The position numbers and the translations under genes are program-made. From contig VGVV01000001.1 of NCBI GenBank assembly GCA_016873895.1, positions 287,286 to 351,285 on the forward strand: 64,000 nt of DNA. Reading direction: 5' to 3'. A model generated the notes under the pieces. It worked only from the letters and a program-made list of their open reading frames with translations. It had not been told where the DNA came from and searched no databases. This DNA comes from Ignavibacteria bacterium (GTDB taxonomy: Bacteria > Bacteroidota > Ignavibacteria > Kapaibacteriales > Kapaibacteriaceae). Every line of letters starts with the position of its first letter. Positions within the stretch are counted from its first letter, which is position 1. Positions 46,725 through 54,899 of the stretch are shown here, one piece after another.

Positions 46725-47879
46725 ATGAAATTTCTGCTCGTCTGCATACTCACATGTACAGTCTACACAGCCGTTACGGCTGCCGACACCGTCCGGATCT
46801 GTACGTACAACATCCTGAAGTTCTCACAAGACAACGAAGACGGACGCATCCCGCAGTTCAAGATGATCATGGACTCTATCCGTCCGGATATCTTGGTTAA
46901 TCAAGAAGTGGCAGACAATACAGCAGGACCTCGCTTTGTAAGTGAAGTGCTCACGTGGGCTTCTTTCGCTGCCACACCCTACTCAGATGGACAAGACACA
47001 GACAATATGGTGGTCTATAATCAAGAGAAGTTTGACTTAGTGGGCACGCGCAGAATCCCAACGGAACTGCGGGACATCTTTGAGACAACACTTGCACTGC
47101 GCACAGACAATCCATCGTCGAGCGACACAGTGGTTATCTACTCTGTCCATCTCAAAGCCCAAGACAATTCATCAGACATGCAGCAGCGTGCACGCGAAAT
47201 GAATGCACTGGTTTCCACGATTACATCAAAGCGATTCGCCATTGTCTGCGGCGACTTTAACGTGTATGCTCCAAGCGAGCCCGCTTTGCAAGCACTATTG
47301 GGACCAACTGCAAAACGCAGCTTTGTGGACCCGCTCGGTACGTCATGGCGTCGTAATGATGCTGCGTATGCATCGTTCTATTCGCAATGCACACGAGCAA
47401 CAACCATCAGCGGTTGTGGTGGAGGCGTTGACGGAGGCGTTGACGATCGATTCGACTTCATCCTACCGTCGTCTGAACTTGCACCACGCGTTATCACGAG
47501 CACATACACACACGTAGGTAATGATGGCCTAGCAAGACTCAATAGTGGAATCGACGTGCCGACAAACAAAAAGTACAGCGCAGAGATGGTTGCAGCACTC
47601 AAGTGCGGCTCGGACCACATGCCTGTCTATGTAGACATGATCTTGGGCGACGTTCCTGCGTCGGTAGATGACGGCGAGAGTGTTGGTTGCCTCACCTCAC
47701 ACGACGGCGCTATTACCCTACCACCATCAACAGGCGCTACATACGTGTATGCGATAGACGGTACATTGGTGGGGTCTGTTGCCGAGAGCAACAATGCCTC
47801 ACGCATTGATGGACTTCTCCAAGGAGTGTATGCCGTTCGTAACGGCATACACACTACGCTTGTCTCAGTAGTACGCTAA
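46725..47879 (+). CDS. Secreted endonuclease/exonuclease/phosphatase (EEP) family protein with a T9SS-type C-terminal domain.
   Basis: Start set at MKFLLVCILTCTVYTAVTAA (signal peptide). EEP motifs include CTYNI, GDFN and DHMPV. C-terminal CTD-like segment ...LLQGVYAVRNGIHTTLVSVVR. Confidence 0.8.
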   Translation: MKFLLVCILTCTVYTAVTAADTVRICTYNILKFSQDNEDGRIPQFKMIMDSIRPDILVNQEVADNTAGPRFVSEVLTWASFAATPYSDGQDTDNMVVYNQEKFDLVGTRRIPTELRDIFETTLALRTDNPSSSDTVVIYSVHLKAQDNSSDMQQRAREMNALVSTITSKRFAIVCGDFNVYAPSEPALQALLGPTAKRSFVDPLGTSWRRNDAAYASFYSQCTRATTISGCGGGVDGGVDDRFDFILPSSELAPRVITSTYTHVGNDGLARLNSGIDVPTNKKYSAEMVAALKCGSDHMPVYVDMILGDVPASVDDGESVGCLTSHDGAITLPPSTGATYVYAIDGTLVGSVAESNNASRIDGLLQGVYAVRNGIHTTLVSVVR

Positions 47880-47886
47880 ATCAACG

Positions 47887-48954
47887 TTACTGCTTCAGCA
47901 GCCACGCAAAGACGAGCGGCGCAACAATCGTTGCGTCAGACTCGATGATAAACTTCGGTGTGTCGATATCCAGCTTGCCCCATGTGATCTTCTCATTTGG
48001 CACAGCGCCAGAGTATGATCCATACGAGGTTGTGCTGTCCGAGATCTGACAGAAGTACGACCAGAATGGTACATCGTGCCACTCGAGATCCTGGTACATC
48101 ATCGGCACTACACAGATCGGGAAATCGCCGGCAATCCCGCCGCCGATCTGGAAGAATCCAACGCCTTTGCCTGAAGAGTTCTGACGATACCAGTCGGAGA
48201 GCCAGATCATGTAGTCAATGCCACTCTTCATCGTGGTTGATGTGAGCTCGCCCTTGATGCAATAGGAAGCGAAGATGTTACCCATCGTCGAGTCTTCCCA
48301 GCCTGGCACGATGATCGGCAGGTTCTTCTTAGCTGCAGCCAGCATCCATGAGTTCTTTGGATCGATCTCGTAGTACTGCTCCATTTCGCCGCTTAGGAGC
48401 ATCTTGTACATGTATTCGTGTGGGAAGTAGCGCTCACCAGCGTCTTCGGCATTCTTCCACTGCTTATGAATGTGCTTCTGTATTCTGCGGAAAGCCTCTT
48501 CCTCAGGAATACACGTATCGGTTACGCGGTTAAAGCCCCCTTCAAGAAGCTCCCATTCATCCTTTGGGGCAAGGTCTCGGTAGTTCGGCACGCGCTTGTA
48601 ATGCGAGTGCGCTACGAGGTTCATGATGTCCTCTTCGAGGTTCGCACCCGTGCAGGAGATAATCTGCACCTTGTCTTGGCGGATCATCTCGGCCAGCGAA
48701 ATTCCCAGCTCGGCCGTGCTCATTGCGCCTGCAAGCGTAATCATCATTTTGCCGTTGGCAGCCAGATGTGCCTCGTAGCCTTTAGCAGCATCCATCAGAG
48801 CTGCTGCATTGAAGTGTAGATAGTTCTTTTCGATGAAATGCGAGACTGGTCCGCGCACCATGGGGATCTCCGTAGAATTGGAGGGTAAAAATACCCCTAT
48901 TTTGCAGCATGTCACAAAATTCCTCATGGCAGCGGGTTGCCGCCGTCTCAACAA
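47887..48954 (-). CDS. Deoxyhypusine synthase-like (DHS / homospermidine synthase-like) protein.
   Basis: DHS-family motifs (SCTGANLEEDI, GGGIAGDFPI, conserved C-terminal region). The true start is probably the internal MVRGPV at about 48864. Confidence 0.8.
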   Translation of the reverse strand: MLRRRQPAAMRNFVTCCKIGVFLPSNSTEIPMVRGPVSHFIEKNYLHFNAAALMDAAKGYEAHLAANGKMMITLAGAMSTAELGISLAEMIRQDKVQIISCTGANLEEDIMNLVAHSHYKRVPNYRDLAPKDEWELLEGGFNRVTDTCIPEEEAFRRIQKHIHKQWKNAEDAGERYFPHEYMYKMLLSGEMEQYYEIDPKNSWMLAAAKKNLPIIVPGWEDSTMGNIFASYCIKGELTSTTMKSGIDYMIWLSDWYRQNSSGKGVGFFQIGGGIAGDFPICVVPMMYQDLEWHDVPFWSYFCQISDSTTSYGSYSGAVPNEKITWGKLDIDTPKFIIESDATIVAPLVFAWLLKQ

Positions 48955-49973
48955 CGCTCGTTGCCGTCGTTGCTGTTGGCATCGTATTGATGCACCTGCG
49001 TGGAATTATTATTCCATTCGTGCTTGCTGGCTTTTTGTCTATTCTCTTTAAGCCAGTTGTTGAAACGTTGCGCAACAAGGGCGTGCCACGCGTGATTGGC
49101 TTAATCACCGTACTAGCCATCAATGCACTGGGCATCTGGCTGTTTTATCTCATTGCAGCGGCAGGCGCCGAGTCTCTTTCGGAACGCTCCGACTACTACG
49201 CTGAAAAGCTCAATCTGATCGTACGCGATCTTGGGAATTTTATCAATCCGCTGATTGGTCAACATCCATCGACCTTTAAGTGGGAAGACGTCATATCGGT
49301 AAAGCAGATCACTTCAATCGCAACGCAACAGGTAGCTGGAATTCTTACCATTCTCAGCGACAGCTTTATGGTTTTGCTATACCTGCTGTTTATGCTCTTG
49401 GGTGGCAACTCCCTTCCTTCCAAGATTCGCAATGCATTTGCAGGCAAGGACGAAGAAACACTTGTAATGATTCTCTCAGAATTGCATACGAAGATCCGCA
49501 AGTACCTTCAGGTAAAAACGGCATTCAACATTCTCAACGGCGTAGCAGCGTGGATTGTACTTCTGTGCTTTGGAGTAGATTTTGCAGCCCTGCTTGGTTT
49601 GATCTCCTTTGCTCTGCACTACATCCCTAACATTGGATCGCTTCTTTCTACGATTCTACCTGTGCTGCTCTACACTGTGCAAACGGGCGATCCGACAAGC
49701 GTTGTTCTTCTTCTCATAGTACTTACTGTTGTTCAGAACATCATTGGAAATGTTCTCGAGCCAAAGGTCATGGGCATACGCCTGAAGTTAAGCCCCGTAG
49801 TAGTGCTTTTTTCGCTGATCTTTTGGGGTTGGATGTGGGGTGTCGTTGGCATGATTCTTTCTATTCCAATCGCAGCCGTGCTAAAGGTTATTCTTGAGGC
49901 ATTCCCCAACACACGTCCACTAGGAATCCTTATGGGCAATGGCGATGAATCAACTTCTGCCCCAACATCATAA
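48909..49973 (+). CDS. AI-2E family transporter (PerM/YhhT-like).
   Basis: 354 aa, 7-8 TM segments, with the characteristic hydrophobic topology of the family. Confidence 0.8.
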   Translation: MSQNSSWQRVAAVSTTLVAVVAVGIVLMHLRGIIIPFVLAGFLSILFKPVVETLRNKGVPRVIGLITVLAINALGIWLFYLIAAAGAESLSERSDYYAEKLNLIVRDLGNFINPLIGQHPSTFKWEDVISVKQITSIATQQVAGILTILSDSFMVLLYLLFMLLGGNSLPSKIRNAFAGKDEETLVMILSELHTKIRKYLQVKTAFNILNGVAAWIVLLCFGVDFAALLGLISFALHYIPNIGSLLSTILPVLLYTVQTGDPTSVVLLLIVLTVVQNIIGNVLEPKVMGIRLKLSPVVVLFSLIFWGWMWGVVGMILSIPIAAVLKVILEAFPNTRPLGILMGNGDESTSAPTS

Positions 49974-49985
49974 CGTTACTACCGG

Positions 49986-50693
49986 ATGAACGTAGACATA
50001 CTCGATGCCGGTTATTCGGTAGGATCACATGAGATTCTTAAGAATGTCCAGCTCTCTCTTCAGGGGGCTGGCATCACAGTTGTACGTGGGAAAAGCTCAT
50101 CAGGGAAGACCTGCCTTGCGCGCCTCATCTGCGGACACATTCCGCCGACTGTAGGCGTGCGAACATTTAATGGAAAGAGTCTCGAGCGCGCAAGCAGGTC
50201 AGAGGCCTCTGCAATTCGTGCCTCTATTGGCTACGTTGAACAGGTGTTCTCATTTGTAGAGCACTATTCAGCCTTTGATAATGTGCTTTTGGCTGGCGGT
50301 GCACGCAGACTATCGAAGTCTGACGCTACAATGCAGACGCTGGAATTGTTTGCAGACCTTGGACTTAGCCACGTGCGAACGCAGCTTGTATCAACTATGT
50401 CACACTGGGAGCGCACACTCGTTGCGATTGCTCGTGCATGCATTGGCGGCACTAAAGTTGTCGTGGTAGATCAGGCGTTCGATGCATGCGACGATCCATC
50501 GCTGCGTACTGCGACCGAGGCTCTTCAAAGGCTCTGTGGTAACGAGAGAGCGCTCGTTGTAACTACGGCAGATTTGCAACTCGAGACGCTGTTCTCGAGC
50601 CCAAGGGTGTATGAACTACGTGATGGTAGTCTTGGAGATGTTTCTAAACTTCCCTCCGTTGAGTCGCAGATACAAAACGGAGAAATGTTATGA
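49986..50693 (+). CDS. FtsE-like ABC ATPase with degenerate catalytic motifs.
   Basis: Collinear with FtsE (Walker A GKSSSGKT, LICG). The signature reads MSHWE rather than LSGGE. Walker B is VVVVDQAFD rather than DEPT. The H-loop is TTADL, with no His. Confidence 0.75.
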   Translation: MNVDILDAGYSVGSHEILKNVQLSLQGAGITVVRGKSSSGKTCLARLICGHIPPTVGVRTFNGKSLERASRSEASAIRASIGYVEQVFSFVEHYSAFDNVLLAGGARRLSKSDATMQTLELFADLGLSHVRTQLVSTMSHWERTLVAIARACIGGTKVVVVDQAFDACDDPSLRTATEALQRLCGNERALVVTTADLQLETLFSSPRVYELRDGSLGDVSKLPSVESQIQNGEML

Positions 50694-51442
50694 CACGTGT
50701 AGCCATACTCGGATATGGGGCAATGGGCAAAGAGGTAGAGCGCCTAGCACCAAGCCTCGGTTGCGAGATCGTCTACATCTATGATGTAGAACAGCCAATC
50801 AATGAATTATCACCCACCGATTTTGATGTTGCCATCGATTTCACAGTCCCAGATGCTGTGATGCAGAACATCGAAACGTTGTGCGCTCTCAAGCGTCCAA
50901 TCGTGATCGGAACAACAGGCTGGTACCAGCACATGCATGATGTGCGTGCGAAGATCCATGATGCGGATACTGGTTGCGTATGGGGCTCGAACTTCAGTCT
51001 CGGAACACATCTGTTCTTTCGCCTGGTTCGCAATGCTGCAACGCTCGTAAATGGCAACTCTGACTTCGACATCATGGTGCATGAATACCATCATTCCCGC
51101 AAGGTTGATAGTCCAAGCGGCACGGCACACACAATCGTGTACGACATTATGCAGCGCGTTGATAGAAAGACGGCCATCGTAACAGAGACTCAGCATCAAC
51201 GCATCGACCCTCACGCCCTCCACGTTACATCTACGCGTGGTGGTTCCATCGTAGGTAAGCACATTGTTACACTTGACAGTCCGTTCGAGAACATCGAGAT
51301 CATCCACAATGCAAAGAACAGAAGCGGCTTTGCTCAAGGGGCTCTCCTTGCTGCCGCCTGGATCGCAGCACGGAAGGGTTGCTACGATGTAACGGAGATC
51401 ATCGACGATCTCGAGGCGCTTTATCGTTCGAGGCAAGCATGA
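50690..51442 (+). CDS. dapB: 4-hydroxy-tetrahydrodipicolinate reductase
   Basis: N-terminal Rossmann motif (VAILGYGAMGK) and the EYHHSRKVDSPSGTA catalytic region. 250 aa. Confidence 0.9.
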   Translation: MTRVAILGYGAMGKEVERLAPSLGCEIVYIYDVEQPINELSPTDFDVAIDFTVPDAVMQNIETLCALKRPIVIGTTGWYQHMHDVRAKIHDADTGCVWGSNFSLGTHLFFRLVRNAATLVNGNSDFDIMVHEYHHSRKVDSPSGTAHTIVYDIMQRVDRKTAIVTETQHQRIDPHALHVTSTRGGSIVGKHIVTLDSPFENIEIIHNAKNRSGFAQGALLAAAWIAARKGCYDVTEIIDDLEALYRSRQA

Positions 51443-51825
51443 TCGCCACACTCGTAGCAATTGCCATGTTACTCGCTCTGCCACACCAAGAGCAGAAACC
51501 ACAAGCCCCCTTCCTTCGGTTTGAACCCGAGACACTTCGCGTTGATCGTGATGCCTCGGGCTATGTACAGGCAATGGTGCCTGTGTTTACAAGCGGCACT
51601 GATACCGTACGACTAACCGGAATAACGGGCTCCTGTGGATGTGCTTCGGCATCCATTCAGCGCGCAATTGCAACGAAGGATACTCCGGCCAAGTTCTATT
51701 GCGCCATCAATGCCAAGCATTTTAAAGACACACTCAACACGGTTGAATACACGATAACGCATAGCGGCGCGAACTCGCCAGCTCGGTATTATGTTGTCGT
51801 GCGTTGTGTCCAACCATCAAAGTAA
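51439..51825 (+). CDS. DUF1573 domain-containing protein
   Basis: Start set at MIATLVAIAMLLALP, an ATGA overlap with the dapB stop. Carries the hallmark GSCGC motif. 128 aa. Confidence 0.75.
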   Translation: MIATLVAIAMLLALPHQEQKPQAPFLRFEPETLRVDRDASGYVQAMVPVFTSGTDTVRLTGITGSCGCASASIQRAIATKDTPAKFYCAINAKHFKDTLNTVEYTITHSGANSPARYYVVVRCVQPSK

Positions 51826-51830
51826 TCTGC

Positions 51831-52235
51831 ATGAACTACTGGCTTGCTAAATCAGAACCCGAGGTGTACTCCTGGGAACAATTCGTTGCTGATAAGAAGA
51901 CGTTTTGGGATGGTGTGCGCAACTACCAAGCACGCAATAACATGAAAGCCATGGAGAAGGGCGATCATGTGATCTTTTATCACTCCAGCGATGTGCGCTC
52001 GGCAGTTGGCATCGCGCACGTTGTGAAGACTGCCTATCAAGACCCCACAACAGAAGACCCAGCATGGGTGGTGGTGGACTTGAAGCCCGTTCGAGCGTTG
52101 AAGCGTCCAGTTACGCTCACAGAGATCAAGGCTGCAAAGGGCATGAATAACGTTGCCCTCGTAAAGCAAGGACGCCTGAGTGTGCTGCCCCTTACCGAAG
52201 ACGAATACAAGATCATCGTGGGGTTAGGGGGCTAA
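51831..52235 (+). CDS. EVE (PUA-like) domain protein
   Basis: MNYWLAKSEPEVYSW... The length and motifs are typical of EVE/Thump-like PUA folds. 134 aa. Confidence 0.8.
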   Translation: MNYWLAKSEPEVYSWEQFVADKKTFWDGVRNYQARNNMKAMEKGDHVIFYHSSDVRSAVGIAHVVKTAYQDPTTEDPAWVVVDLKPVRALKRPVTLTEIKAAKGMNNVALVKQGRLSVLPLTEDEYKIIVGLGG

Positions 52236-52242
52236 CACCACC

Positions 52243-52584
52243 CTAGTCTTTAATCTCTTCGTTGATGCGGTCGTCGATGGTGAATGACTGCACGGCCCAT
52301 CCTTTTGAAGCCCGGTAAAACACAACCACGCAGCGCAGCGCACCCCGCTGCGGCTTGAGTGCGTGTGCATGACGTATGAACGACTTACCCCTGCTATAGG
52401 TCGAAAGCAGATCAACCTCTGACAGCGGACCGTTCTGTATCACGTGCTTTGCAAGCACATCCGGCAGCGTGCCGAGAGAACGCGCAACTGAGGCTGAGTC
52501 CATGATTGCAAACATCTGCAGCTCACGAGCCCCATTGACAAAGTCACCTCTGATGATGCTCTGCGCAAAGCGCTTTGAGAGCAT
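52243..52584 (-). CDS. Hypothetical protein, about 113 aa.
   Basis: The ORF-track N-terminus overlaps the upstream peptidase gene, so the start was set at the internal MLSKRF. No recognisable motifs. Confidence 0.4.
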   Translation of the reverse strand: MLSKRFAQSIIRGDFVNGARELQMFAIMDSASVARSLGTLPDVLAKHVIQNGPLSEVDLLSTYSRGKSFIRHAHALKPQRGALRCVVVFYRASKGWAVQSFTIDDRINEEIKD

Positions 52585-52696
52585 TTCAGTGTCTGCATTT
52601 GACGAGAGAAGCTGTTGGATGCCGCGCGGTGAGATGCTACACTCAACATGAAAATCGATACAAGTGCAATGATGATCTGACGGTTCATGAAATGTC

Positions 52697-54820
52697 TTAC
52701 TCCTCAACAACGTGAAACGTATCGAAATCCGGTGTGACGCCCATTTCATAGAGCATAAAGCAAAACTTGTCTGCCGTGCCCTTGATGTTGGTTTGCCTGT
52801 TCACTGCTCCATGACCTGAATTCGTTTCAACACGCAGCAGCATCGGACGTGTTCCAGAATAGACATGCTGCAGCTGCGCCGCGTACTTGAAGCTGTGCGC
52901 GGGTACAACTCTGTCGTCATGATCGGCCGTCATGACCATGATCGAGGGATACTTTACACCAGACTTGAGCTGATGATACGGAGAGTAGGCATGCAGCGCG
53001 CGAAATTCGTCGGACTTGGTGATTTCGCCGTAGTCTGACTGCCAGTTCCAGCCGATCGTGAACTTGTGGAAGCGTAGCATGTCCATAACGCCAACTTCGG
53101 GGATGGCAACACGAAACAGATCCGGACGCTGATTTACAACAGCGCCCACGAGTAACCCACCATTGGAGCGCCCGTTCAATGCAAGCTTTGTCGGGTTTGT
53201 ATACTTGTTTTCAATCAGCCATTCGGCGCATGCAATGGCATCATCGAACACATTCTGCTTTTGTGTCTTGGTTCCTGCCTTATGCCATGCATCACCGTAC
53301 TCGCCGCCCCCTCGCAGATTAGCGATGGCAATAACGCAGCCCTGATTGAGCAGTGCGATATAGCTCGGACGGAACCCCGGTGTTTGCGAGATATTGAAGC
53401 CTCCATATCCATAGAGCAATGTCGGGTTATTGCCATCCCGGCTGATGTGCTTGCTCCAGAGAACTGTCATCGGCACGAGCGTTCCATCCTTACTCTTGAC
53501 CTTTACCTGCTCTGCCATGTATTGCGATGCATCAAAACCGTAATCAGCTGTTTGCCAGACCTTGCTGTTGTTGCTCTTGACGTCGTACTCAAAGATCGTG
53601 GCAGGCATGATGTAGGAGCTGAATGTATACGTCAGCATGCTGTCGGTATCGCGTCCGTCAAAGCCCGACACAGCACCATTCCTTGGAAGTGCAACAGTGC
53701 CAGTAATCTTGCCGTCCATGTCGGCGATCTCAACAGTATGCTGCACGTCTTTCATCCACGTGAGAAAGATTCTGCCAGCCCCATACGATACGTCGTCGAG
53801 CACGTAGTCGCGCTCTAGAACAATCGTCTCAAACTCGGCACGTCCGAGGGGATCTTTCAGGCGTATGAGCTTTCCCGTTGGAGCATCCTTAGTGCTAGTG
53901 CCATAGAGCATGCCGTTGTGGTAGTGGCTTGGATACCACGAGTCTGTTTCAGAATCCCAGATTTTCTTCCAAAGGGCTCGTGCTGAGTCTACATGACGAA
54001 TGTACACTGTGTTACCATTCGATGCAGCAAGACGTACCGTGCGAAACAGATACGGACTATCCTCAGGAACAAAGCAGCCGATGAAGGCTTGCTGCAGAGA
54101 CGCATCTGCAAAGACAAGGACATCCTCGGACTGACGTGTACCAACGCGGTGATACATCACTTGCTGGTAGGAGTTCTTGGCTGTGAGTGACTTTGTATCG
54201 CCCTGCTTTGCTGCATAGCGAGAATAGAAAAACCCATTCTTGTACCAACTCACACCGCTGTTCTTAACCCATGTTATCGTGTCGATAAGCATGCGCTTAG
54301 TGGCAAGGTCCATCACGTAGATATCGCGCCAGTCTGATCCTGCTTGTGACTTGCCATAGGCAAGGTACTTCCCATCTTGGCTTACGCTTGCAAAGGCAAG
54401 TGAGATGGTGCCATCTGCAGCAAAGGTGTTTGGGTCTAAGAGGACCTCGGGGTCGTTAACGCCATCTGGCTGACGAAACAGCACGCTGTGGTTTTGGCGT
54501 CCGGTGTTCTTGTAAAAGTACATCACGCCTGCCCTGCGCCACGGCGCAGAGTATGTTACGGCGCTATTGAGCTTATCGAGCGCTTCGTACATCTTCGCAC
54601 GAAAGGGAATCTTGGCGAGAAACTTCTCAGCAACATCGGCTTGCGATGCAACCCATCGCTCTACCTCTGGATCGCGATCGTCTTCTAGCCATCGGTATGG
54701 ATCTGGCACAACCGTGCCATGGAACGTATCACGCACATCAACGCGCCGAGTTTCTGGGTAGGAAACCTGCGCAAGACTCAGCGTGCTTCCCAGTATGAAT
54801 ACGAGTGCAAGTGTTTTCAT
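52697..54820 (-). CDS. Prolyl oligopeptidase family S9A serine peptidase, secreted.
   Basis: Signal peptide, a beta-propeller N-terminal domain and catalytic GRSNGGLLVGA (GxSxGG) with Asp and His downstream. 707 aa. Confidence 0.9.
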   Translation of the reverse strand: MKTLALVFILGSTLSLAQVSYPETRRVDVRDTFHGTVVPDPYRWLEDDRDPEVERWVASQADVAEKFLAKIPFRAKMYEALDKLNSAVTYSAPWRRAGVMYFYKNTGRQNHSVLFRQPDGVNDPEVLLDPNTFAADGTISLAFASVSQDGKYLAYGKSQAGSDWRDIYVMDLATKRMLIDTITWVKNSGVSWYKNGFFYSRYAAKQGDTKSLTAKNSYQQVMYHRVGTRQSEDVLVFADASLQQAFIGCFVPEDSPYLFRTVRLAASNGNTVYIRHVDSARALWKKIWDSETDSWYPSHYHNGMLYGTSTKDAPTGKLIRLKDPLGRAEFETIVLERDYVLDDVSYGAGRIFLTWMKDVQHTVEIADMDGKITGTVALPRNGAVSGFDGRDTDSMLTYTFSSYIMPATIFEYDVKSNNSKVWQTADYGFDASQYMAEQVKVKSKDGTLVPMTVLWSKHISRDGNNPTLLYGYGGFNISQTPGFRPSYIALLNQGCVIAIANLRGGGEYGDAWHKAGTKTQKQNVFDDAIACAEWLIENKYTNPTKLALNGRSNGGLLVGAVVNQRPDLFRVAIPEVGVMDMLRFHKFTIGWNWQSDYGEITKSDEFRALHAYSPYHQLKSGVKYPSIMVMTADHDDRVVPAHSFKYAAQLQHVYSGTRPMLLRVETNSGHGAVNRQTNIKGTADKFCFMLYEMGVTPDFDTFHVVEE

Positions 54821-54832
54821 CGCAGCAAATTA

Positions 54833-54876
54833 CAACAACGAAAAAGCCCCTTGCAGATTTCTCTGAAAGGGGCTTG
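54833..54876 (-). terminator. Rho-independent terminator downstream of pnp.
   Basis: Minus-strand hairpin AAGCCCCTT-(13 nt loop)-AAGGGGCTT, followed by TTTTTCGTTGTTG. It starts 24 nt after the pnp stop. Confidence 0.7.
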
Positions 54877-54899
54877 TAGATGCTACACATTTGTGATGC

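Noticed and set aside
50810-51574. 254-aa minus-strand ORF antisense to dapB and the DUF1573 gene.
   Set aside because: It lies within a strongly supported dapB with no motifs and is likely spurious.
52243-52749. Full 168-aa ORF-track version of the small hypothetical gene downstream of the prolyl oligopeptidase.
   Set aside because: Its first 55 codons overlap the 3' end of the peptidase gene in another frame. A shorter version starting at the internal Met is retained at low confidence.
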